IMG/VR virus record: IMGVR_UViG_3300030376_004920
Span: 1-31,280 of that record
Length of the DNA stretch: 31,280 bases
DNA from: a virus
Lineage: Duplodnaviria > Caudoviricetes
Reading direction: 5' to 3' (one strand)
The notes under the pieces were generated by a model. That model saw only the letters and a program-made list of their open reading frames with translations, was not told the origin of the DNA and did no database searches. Both the position numbers and the translations under genes were made by a program. Every line of letters starts with the position of its first letter. Position 1 is the stretch's first letter. Below are positions 1-6,097 of this stretch, piece by piece.

Positions 1-29
1 TTACTAAAGTTAATTACCGAAGTAAGTAA
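1..29 (+). CDS. 3' end of an upstream gene (partial, ...TKVNYRSK*)
   Basis: Frame open from the window edge to TAA at 27-29, just before the RBS (AAGGTGA) of the next + gene. Too short to verify. Confidence 0.3.
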
Positions 30-58
30 ATTTAAACACGAAAAAAGAAAGGTGAACA

Positions 59-745
59 ATGAGCGAAACAGCTATATCACTAGTTTCTAGCAACGTGCCA
101 GCGCACGTCAAAGAAGCGTCAGGGCTTGGTAATGAAAATGTCACTGCCGAGCATTTACAAACCCCAAGAGTAAAGTTACTCCAACAAATGAACAGCGAAG
201 TGGATCCTAACCATGACGCGTACATTGACGGTGCTAAACCGGGAGACTTTATAAATAGTGTTACTAACGAAAACTATGGCACGGAGCTATACGTTATTAA
301 CGTACATTTTAAAGAAGACTTTGTTCTTTGGAGAAAACGTGAGAGCGGTGGTGGGTTGATTGGTACTTATACAAGTCAATCAGCAGCCCTCGACCATCTT
401 GCAAAAGAAGGATTGAAAGCTGAAGATCATGAGATCATTCAAACTCAATCACATCTATTACTTCGTAAAGATCCAGAGACAGGTGAGTTACTTAAAACTC
501 CTTTTCTTATGGACTTTGCTTCATCCAAACTAAGAGTTTCACGAGAGTGGAACACTCAAATTGGACAGCTAGGAGGCGATAGATTCAGTGCTTTGTGGAA
601 ACTAAGTTCTCTACAAACACAAAACAGGGCTGCACAAAAGTTCTATAACTTGAATGCAGAAAACCAAGGTTGGGTAACTGAAGAAGACTATGAGTATGCT
701 AAAGAAGTATACTCAAAGCTTAACTTAGGTCCAACCGACTCCTAA
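59..745 (+). CDS. Phage ssDNA-binding/annealing-like protein (228 aa)
   Basis: Motif GNENV..HL.TPRVKLLQ..S.EVD....YIDGAKPGDF.N.VT resembles a widespread phage replication-module family often annotated as SSB. RBS AAGGTGA; adjacent to a nuclease gene. Confidence 0.6.
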   Translation: MSETAISLVSSNVPAHVKEASGLGNENVTAEHLQTPRVKLLQQMNSEVDPNHDAYIDGAKPGDFINSVTNENYGTELYVINVHFKEDFVLWRKRESGGGLIGTYTSQSAALDHLAKEGLKAEDHEIIQTQSHLLLRKDPETGELLKTPFLMDFASSKLRVSREWNTQIGQLGGDRFSALWKLSSLQTQNRAAQKFYNLNAENQGWVTEEDYEYAKEVYSKLNLGPTDS

Positions 746-752
746 AAGTGAT

Positions 753-823
753 GTACATACGGCGACAAGATGCGTCGTCGTATGTGCTACAATATATTAC
801 ATACGGCCACGATCCGGTGTAAT
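753..823 (+). promoter_or_regulatory. Intergenic double hairpin containing a direct repeat
   Basis: Stem GTACATACGGCGAC/GTCGTCGTATGTGC (753-787, 14 pairs including 2 G-U). Second stem at 796-823. TACATACGGC repeated at 754-763 and 798-807. Confidence 0.6.
785..793 (+). promoter_or_regulatory. Candidate extended -10 promoter (TGcTACAAT)
   Basis: Matches the sigma70 TGnTAnnnT pattern, 32 nt upstream of ATG 826. No good -35 element. Confidence 0.45.
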
Positions 824-825
824 GT

Positions 826-1218
826 ATGCAAGAACGTCACTTTATAAATAAAGTACACAAAAAACTTCCTTCCACTATCTACAAATGGAAAATTAACGAC
901 GCTTACCACGGCGGCGTACCAGATTGTTTCTATTCAGGCAATGCCGGGCTTTGTTTTGTAGAGTATAAATATAAAAAAGAATTACCCAAAAAAGACGGAA
1001 CATCTATTTGTTTTAATTTAACACCGCAACAGTGTGCCTGGCTTAAAGCACGTAAAGAAGAAGGTGTGCCGTGTTTCGCTGCTCTCGGTATAGGTAATTC
1101 GGTCTTTATGACTCAAGATTTTGATAATGTAAACAATATTACTAAATCGCAGTTCATGACAGAAGCTATGAGTATCTCAGAATTTGTAGCCAAATTAGAG
1201 AATTTATGTGTAAAATAG
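826..1218 (+). CDS. VRR-NUC / PD-(D/E)XK nuclease (Holliday junction resolvase-like)
   Basis: N-terminal E, then GVPD...FVEYK...LTPQQ..W, the characteristic VRR-NUC motif order. Confidence 0.8.
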   Translation: MQERHFINKVHKKLPSTIYKWKINDAYHGGVPDCFYSGNAGLCFVEYKYKKELPKKDGTSICFNLTPQQCAWLKARKEEGVPCFAALGIGNSVFMTQDFDNVNNITKSQFMTEAMSISEFVAKLENLCVK

Positions 1219-1223
1219 CACTT

Positions 1224-1523
1224 ATGAGTGGTAAAAACCTCTCTAGTTTAACAGGAGAGTGTAATAGCTTAGCTGACTCACCTTGTATTGGGTGGTGTAC
1301 AGTACGCCAGTTTGGTGATAAAAGGTGTAAAGGTTGTGGACGATATGACTTTGAAGCCGATTCAACCTTCTGGTTTAATGCGGATGAATTAGTAAGAAAA
1401 CTTATTAATTTACGTAATGCTGCTGCGGGTTATCAAATAAAACAACTTCGCGGTAATGCCCGACCTGTGCCTAAAGCTGTTGCAAATAGACCTGCAAAAG
1501 AAGACCCTTCAACTCAATATTAA
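1224..1523 (+). CDS. DUF1289-like four-cysteine protein
   Basis: SPCIGWC...GDKRCKGCGR...W (C-x3-C-x9-C-x2-C). ATG 1224 preferred over 1206, which overlaps the upstream gene. Confidence 0.7.
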   Translation: MSGKNLSSLTGECNSLADSPCIGWCTVRQFGDKRCKGCGRYDFEADSTFWFNADELVRKLINLRNAAAGYQIKQLRGNARPVPKAVANRPAKEDPSTQY

Positions 1524-1768
1524 TGTCTAGAAATTACAAACAAGAATACGCTCGTTATCAAGGAACGCCTGAACAAAAGAAAAGGCGTGCTATGCGTAAT
1601 AAAGTACGTAGACAAGCTCTAAGAGATGGGCGTGTTACAAAAGGTAGTGGTTTTGATATACACCATAAAGATGGCAATCCAATGAATAGTGATCCGTCAA
1701 ACTTAACGGTTCAACATAAAAGTCAAAATAGATCTTTTAAAAGAAATAAAAAAGCAGGAAAAGCTTAA
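1523..1768 (+). CDS. Small HNH endonuclease-like protein
   Basis: RNYKQEY N-terminus and DIHHKDGNPMN..PSNL......NRS HNH motif. TAATG overlap with the upstream gene. Confidence 0.8.
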   Translation: MSRNYKQEYARYQGTPEQKKRRAMRNKVRRQALRDGRVTKGSGFDIHHKDGNPMNSDPSNLTVQHKSQNRSFKRNKKAGKA

Positions 1769-1854
1769 TAACCGCCTTTCTTTCTTTTCATTCTCATAGG
1801 CTTGGCTTTCTTAGTCATGCCTTTTTTCTTCATAGGTTTCTTTTTACCGTACAT
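1765..1854 (-). CDS. 29-aa Lys/Met-rich peptide MYGKKKPMKKKGMTKKAKPMRMKRKKGGY (not in ORF track)
   Basis: ATG at 1854 overlaps the upstream stop (TAATG). GGAG lies just upstream. TAA at 1767-1765. Confidence 0.7.
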   Translation of the reverse strand: MYGKKKPMKKKGMTKKAKPMRMKRKKGGY

Positions 1855-2024
1855 TAATACTCCGCTTTAGTGTTTTTAAATTTACGATGTGATTTGGTGT
1901 CAACAAATATAGATTGTTTTTCACCGGGTACAGAACCATCGTGATTCGGAACTGTAGAATACTTCTTAGTGCACAAGTCTTTGTATGTGTGTGGTTCTTT
2001 GTGGTTTACAGGTCTATTTATCAT
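1854..2024 (-). CDS. 56-aa hypothetical protein MINRPVNHKEPHTY...KNTKAEY (not in ORF track)
   Basis: ATGA overlap with the upstream gene and TAATG overlap with the downstream gene. Fills the gap exactly. Confidence 0.7.
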   Translation of the reverse strand: MINRPVNHKEPHTYKDLCTKKYSTVPNHDGSVPGEKQSIFVDTKSHRKFKNTKAEY

Positions 2025-2359
2025 TTTCCTAATTTATACCTATATTCAATTTTAGTTTCATCTCCTTTTAACTTACCACCATATGGAGACTTTCCTATAC
2101 TAACTGAATGTCTTCCTTTATCAACAGAAATTCTTGCATCCCTTTTTGTTTTTTCAAATGAAATACTTTTATCCCCTTGTCCTACACGCCCTGAAACTTT
2201 ATAGTCATGTAGACCTTCATTATCAGCATGTACTTTAGCACCACCAGACAAATACGTGTTTTGCATTCTTGAGTTGTTAACTCTAGTCTTCTCACCCGTA
2301 ACAGTATTTTTAATGTTAAGTGTGCCTTTTTTAATTTTTTCTCTAGTTCCGTTTGTCAT
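2021..2359 (-). CDS. Basic hypothetical protein (112 aa) with a predicted beta-rich C-terminal half
   Basis: ATGA-coupled at both ends. Shares a 17-aa motif with 2583..2795. Confidence 0.75.
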   Translation of the reverse strand: MTNGTREKIKKGTLNIKNTVTGEKTRVNNSRMQNTYLSGGAKVHADNEGLHDYKVSGRVGQGDKSISFEKTKRDARISVDKGRHSVSIGKSPYGGKLKGDETKIEYRYKLGK

Positions 2360-2577
2360 TTGTTGGGGCGCTTCATTCCGTAAGGAATAGGTTTATTCTG
2401 TTTTATTGGGCCCTTATACATTCCGTAAGGTTTAGGTTTAGGTTTAGGTTTAGGTTTTCTATATAATGTTATAGATGGCCCCATTTTTTGAGTCGGGTAT
2501 GGTATAAGTTGAGTATCTTGTACTTTCATACCATTTATATTAGAAATGCCTTTTGTTTTCTTTACTCTGTTACCCAT
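2356..2577 (-). CDS. Basic Lys/Pro-rich hypothetical protein (73 aa)
   Basis: In-operon ORF with (KP)5 and two PYGM motifs. Confidence 0.7.
   Translation of the reverse strand: MGNRVKKTKGISNINGMKVQDTQLIPYPTQKMGPSITLYRKPKPKPKPKPYGMYKGPIKQNKPIPYGMKRPNK
2429..2457. repeat. Perfect hexamer tandem repeat (GGTTTA) x ~4.8
   Basis: ggttta ggttta ggttta ggttta ggttt, encoding the KP repeat on the - strand. Confidence 0.9.
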
Positions 2578-2582
2578 AGTAT

Positions 2583-2795
2583 TTACCTTTTTTTCCTTTT
2601 CTTCATGGCGTCGCCATACGCTTTGTCAGCAGCACCTCTACCATAAACTTGATCTATTTCAGAGTCAGTAGCAGGACCACGCCCATGTTTCTTTTTAAAA
2701 GCTTCAAGTCTTGTATTTTGAACCTTTGTTACTTCGCCAGTAACTTGGTTTTTAATATTAGACCTTCTAAGTCTTCTCTGTCTTCTAGTTGCCAT
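2583..2795 (-). CDS. Arg/Lys-rich small protein (70 aa)
   Basis: MATRRQRRLRR N-terminus and KKRKKR C-terminus. Shares a motif with 2021..2359. Confidence 0.75.
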   Translation of the reverse strand: MATRRQRRLRRSNIKNQVTGEVTKVQNTRLEAFKKKHGRGPATDSEIDQVYGRGAADKAYGDAMKKRKKR

Positions 2796-2811
2796 AATAA
2801 TCTCATTTTAC

Positions 2812-2842
2812 ACAAATACAGGATCTAGATCCATGTGTTTGT
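2812..2842. promoter_or_regulatory. Intergenic inverted repeat with a 12-bp palindromic core
   Basis: ACAAATACA-GGATCTAGATCC-A-TGTGTTTGT in the only sizeable gap of the small-gene array. Confidence 0.5.
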
Positions 2843-2848
2843 AATACA

Positions 2849-3136
2849 TTAACATTTCCAACGTCTACGTGCTTGTCTTAACCTAGAGTTAGGATTCTTC
2901 GCAGCTTTTGGAAACTTCTTCATTTGTCCTGCAGAACGTGCGCAAAATGATTTACGCCTTTTCGCAGCTTTACTACCTTTCTTTACTTTACCAGTAACAG
3001 CAGTTTTTAACTTAGAGCCAGGATTCATACGTCTGTAGGCTTTCACACCTGCACGAGTCATACCCGCACCAGACTTCGTAGAACGGAAGTTCTTCTTGTT
3101 CCTAGCAGGCATTTTACTTCTTTTTCTTTGTGCCAC
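2849..3136 (-). CDS. Basic phage protein, DUF6321-like
   Basis: G.....G..AYRR.NPGSKLK.AVT...RRKSFCAR..G...NSR..ARRRWKC pattern recognised from aquatic phage proteins. GTG start; ATG a few codons downstream is an alternative. Confidence 0.7.
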   Translation of the reverse strand: MAQRKRSKMPARNKKNFRSTKSGAGMTRAGVKAYRRMNPGSKLKTAVTGKVKKGSKAAKRRKSFCARSAGQMKKFPKAAKNPNSRLRQARRRWKC

Positions 3137-3419
3137 GTCTTTTCCTTTTTACTATAGTTTTTACATTTGTGGGTTTACCGCCCGGGTTGCCTGCTTTACG
3201 TTTACGTGCTACCGCACTACGTCTTTGAGCAGCTGTCATACTACGGGCCTTAGACCGTGGTACGCATTTCGGGTATGCACGTTTGCTTTTTTTAGCCGAT
3301 TTACGACCGCAAGCTTGATACCTACCCTTTTTCTTAGGTGCACCAATGTCCACCCAGTCACCTTTTTTACCTTTACCAAACCAAGCTGTTAAGCCTCCTT
3401 TGGGTTTCGTGTTAGCCAT
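3114..3419 (-). CDS. Basic protein, DUF5872-like C-terminal module
   Basis: GGL..WF...WVDI...CGR...YPKCVP motif. Start reassigned to ATG 3419 because of the TAATG overlap with the upstream ORF. Confidence 0.7.
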   Translation of the reverse strand: MANTKPKGGLTAWFGKGKKGDWVDIGAPKKKGRYQACGRKSAKKSKRAYPKCVPRSKARSMTAAQRRSAVARKRKAGNPGGKPTNVKTIVKRKRRGTKKKK

Positions 3420-3595
3420 TACCTGTAACCGCCACCACGTTTCTTGTACGTACGAACTAACCAACCGTTAGCATAGGCACTAGGATATACTTTAAATTTA
3501 CGTTTAGCTTCAGCTTTTACTCTAGCATATAAAGCTGGATTAGTTGGCTTAGCACCACTTTTTTTCTTAGTTGTTTTTCTTTTTTTTGCTGGCAT
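3419..3595 (-). CDS. 58-aa basic protein, DUF5872-like N-terminal module (not in ORF track)
   Basis: MPAKKRKTTKKKSGAKPTNPALYARVKAEAKRKFKVYPSAYANGWLVRTYKKRGGGYR. TGATG and TAATG overlaps at its two ends. Confidence 0.8.
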   Translation of the reverse strand: MPAKKRKTTKKKSGAKPTNPALYARVKAEAKRKFKVYPSAYANGWLVRTYKKRGGGYR

Positions 3596-3786
3596 CAATC
3601 ACCTACCTGTTTCTTTGCCTTTTTATGAGCTTGTGTAAAAGTATCACCCATAAGCATTCTACGTTTCATATACTTCATATGTTTATTTGTATGATGTTTA
3701 CTGTGACGTTTCATAGTAGCTTCTTGACGTTTAGTCAAAGCTTTCTTTTTAACCTTCATAGAGGTTTTCTTTCTAGTTCTAGGCAA
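3595..3786 (-). CDS. Lys/His/Met-rich small protein (63 aa)
   Basis: TTG start with GAGGAG RBS. LT.RQ..TM..HSKHH..KHM..M...M..G.TF..AH..A motif. Confidence 0.75.
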   Translation of the reverse strand: MPRTRKKTSMKVKKKALTKRQEATMKRHSKHHTNKHMKYMKRRMLMGDTFTQAHKKAKKQVGD

Positions 3787-3961
3787 TGTCTACTCCTCTA
3801 CCTTTTAAAATATCAGCCATAGTAACTTTATTGTCACCAGTTAAATCTGGAAAGTCGTTAGCACTATTACCACTACCTCTAGGTTCAAGTCTTTTCTCTT
3901 GGGTTTTCATGTCCCCAATATTACCTTTACCTTTGTCTTTCATCATTCTAGTTGCACTCAT
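3779..3961 (-). CDS. Small protein with an EF-hand/dockerin-like loop
   Basis: FPDLTGDNKVTMADILKGRGV. GAGGT RBS. Confidence 0.7.
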   Translation of the reverse strand: MSATRMMKDKGKGNIGDMKTQEKRLEPRGSGNSANDFPDLTGDNKVTMADILKGRGVDIA

Positions 3962-3980
3962 ATTTACCTCACTTAAAAGT

Positions 3981-4373
3981 TTATTTTACCTCATTATCGT
4001 CGTCTTTCAAAAAAGACCTAAGTTTTTGTGCTTTCTCCTCAGCTGTATCAGCATGTAGTTCAGAGTCTACAATCTTCTCTAGCTTTAATGCATCAATCTT
4101 TTGATTTGATATGTAACGCCACGTGTAACCGTCATCGTTGTACACCCCAAATACTGTTTGTGAAAACCCTACTTTTATAATAAGTGCGGTATCACCGTCT
4201 AAAATTACTTTATCACCTTCTTTAAATGAAGATGTTAGACGGAAGGTAGCGCCTTTTACAAAGCCCACCGCCCAGTCTTTAACAGCTAAACCTACTAACA
4301 GGGTTAGTACAAACCCTATAAATTCAACATAAAAATCGTTTAACGTAATCTCAAACATAGTCATATCATACAT
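3981..4373 (-). CDS. Membrane protein resembling the pore helix plus middle beta domain of the mechanosensitive channel MscS
   Basis: Hydrophobic segment FIGFVLTLLVGLAVKD..GFV.G followed by FKEGDKVILDG...I.KVG..QT....DG....ISN..I, paralleling the MscS beta-domain consensus. Confidence 0.6.
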   Translation of the reverse strand: MYDMTMFEITLNDFYVEFIGFVLTLLVGLAVKDWAVGFVKGATFRLTSSFKEGDKVILDGDTALIIKVGFSQTVFGVYNDDGYTWRYISNQKIDALKLEKIVDSELHADTAEEKAQKLRSFLKDDDNEVK

Positions 4374-4515
4374 ATTCTAATGTAGTACTCTCCATAAGGA
4401 ATTCAAATAATACTCTAAAGTCTTCTTTTTTAAGAAACGGCACATTGTTTCTCATATGCAGTTTTCGATACTCAGTATACGCTATTTCTAATTGTTCTTC
4501 GGTGTATAAAATCAT
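4366..4515 (-). CDS. 49-aa hypothetical protein MILYTEEQLEIAYTEYRKLH...LEYV (not in ORF track)
   Basis: ATGA overlap with the upstream gene. Overlaps the next start, and contains GGAG upstream of it. Confidence 0.7.
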   Translation of the reverse strand: MILYTEEQLEIAYTEYRKLHMRNNVPFLKKEDFRVLFEFLMESTTLEYV

Positions 4516-4901
4516 GATGGTTTTGTAGGCCAAGTAACATCAGTGATGTCATCATCATTAGTATAATTACTTGGTAAGTTTCTTAACTGTGTTCTATAAG
4601 TTGCCCATTCTGTTTTTTTAGAATTTGATAAAGGTGCATCAGGCATTTGTGTCCAATCAGTAGTCAGTAATATATAATTTCTTTCCCTTCTTATTACATC
4701 TTTTGTTGAGATAGCTTTTTCTATAGTGCTTGTATCTTCTATAACTTTTTTATTCACAATATCAATTTTTTTATTTATAAAATTTTCTTCACTTTCTATA
4801 TAATCACATCCATCAGGTATATCTACTTGGGGGTCATTTGCTGTTTGTAAAGCAGTAAGTATTTTTCCAGATTCTTTATCATAAACCAGATATCTTTTCA
4901 T
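4512..4901 (-). CDS. Tail fibre assembly chaperone
   Basis: R.ERN..L..TDWTQMPDAPL...EWATYRTQLRNLP...VTWPTKP motif. Directly follows a fibre gene. Confidence 0.85.
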   Translation of the reverse strand: MKRYLVYDKESGKILTALQTANDPQVDIPDGCDYIESEENFINKKIDIVNKKVIEDTSTIEKAISTKDVIRRERNYILLTTDWTQMPDAPLSNSKKTEWATYRTQLRNLPSNYTNDDDITDVTWPTKPS

Positions 4902-6097
4902 CGTTTTGCACCCCCAATACTAAATGTTGTTGTGCCTAGATGTATTTTTATAGTATTACCTGATGTTGGCGTACCCGGAGTTGATGCATCTTTAGCTTCT
5001 AACGTGTAAGTAGTTGTGCCATCGTTAGCTGTATCTACTAAAAATACAGGAAAAATATTAAAAGGCGCTATACCTTGAAAAAATACCCCGCCAAAAATAT
5101 TACTTTCATATTCTGCTAAAACTGTTGAACCTCTTCTAATTCTAACTCTAAGTATGCGAAATTTATTACAAATTTCTTCTGCTTCTAATAATCCATTAAT
5201 AATTATTGATGAATTTGATGTCGTATTAGAAAGAGTTATAGATTTAGTTAATATCGTTGTATAACTACCACTTGGTCCAACTTCTTGTAAATTGATGTCA
5301 CTAGCTAAAACTGCAACTTCTTCAACAAAAACAGCTTGGTCAGCTATTTTAAGTGTCTCTACTGCTGCAGAACCAAGTTTTGCCGAAGTAATAGCGGCAT
5401 TATCTATTTTTGCATTAGTTATTGCTGCATTATCTATTTTTGCCGTAGTTATAGCAGAATTAGCTATTTCAGCCGTGCCTATTGTTGCGTCAGCAATGAC
5501 ACCAGAAGCTGCAGTTATAGAGTCAGCAGTAAAAAAATCAGTAACGTTTGAGCTAGAAACTTTAGAAGTAGTTACGTTAATACCGCTAGTAAACTGACCA
5601 ACAATATTAGAGGTAGATACATGTCTAACCCAATAATAAAAGTTTGCACCTGCATCTACAGTATCCGCATATACCTGAGCTCGAGTAGTATCTATTCGTG
5701 TTGCATCTCCAATAGAATTACTCGTATGACGCCATATCTCAGTAAAAGCAAAGTTAGGAAATTGAGCTAAATCCCAAGAAAGAATAATTTTTTGGAATGC
5801 GCCGGCACCTGAAAACCCAGTAACATCTGGCGGTACTGTAAGTTCTATAGTGTTAGTGGGTACAAAAGTATTATCTGGTGTGCCCGCATTTGGGTTAAAA
5901 GGGTTTTCTAAAAAGTTTTCAGCTAGACCAGCATCAATAAGTTCTCGTACAGTTACCGCTCTATCTTTTGGGTCACCTGTTCTACCAAGACGTACTTTTA
6001 GTGCCTCATCAACTGCAGCCAAATATGTTTTTAGTTGTGGATCAGCATTAGAGGGTATTGGTGGTATTGCAGGTAATTTAGTTTTATCAGTAGCCAT
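4898..6097 (-). CDS. Tail fibre/spike protein with a fibronectin-like domain and I-x-x-A-K-I repeats
   Basis: IILSW...TEIWR...Y.D...YYWVRHV (lambda J-like FnIII segment) and IDNAAITNAK-type decapeptide repeats. Confidence 0.75.
   Translation of the reverse strand: MATDKTKLPAIPPIPSNADPQLKTYLAAVDEALKVRLGRTGDPKDRAVTVRELIDAGLAENFLENPFNPNAGTPDNTFVPTNTIELTVPPDVTGFSGAGAFQKIILSWDLAQFPNFAFTEIWRHTSNSIGDATRIDTTRAQVYADTVDAGANFYYWVRHVSTSNIVGQFTSGINVTTSKVSSSNVTDFFTADSITAASGVIADATIGTAEIANSAITTAKIDNAAITNAKIDNAAITSAKLGSAAVETLKIADQAVFVEEVAVLASDINLQEVGPSGSYTTILTKSITLSNTTSNSSIIINGLLEAEEICNKFRILRVRIRRGSTVLAEYESNIFGGVFFQGIAPFNIFPVFLVDTANDGTTTYTLEAKDASTPGTPTSGNTIKIHLGTTTFSIGGAKR

Noticed and set aside
10-225. Minus-strand 71-aa ORF
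   Set aside because: Antisense to the SSB-like gene, with no motif or RBS support.
2429-2457. Telomere-like (TTTAGG)n repeat
   Set aside because: Short, internal and in frame as a Lys-Pro run within a coding gene.
3420-3464. N-terminal extension of ORF 3114..3464 given in the track
   Set aside because: It overlaps a better-supported 58-aa gene in another frame. The TAATG junction points to ATG 3419.
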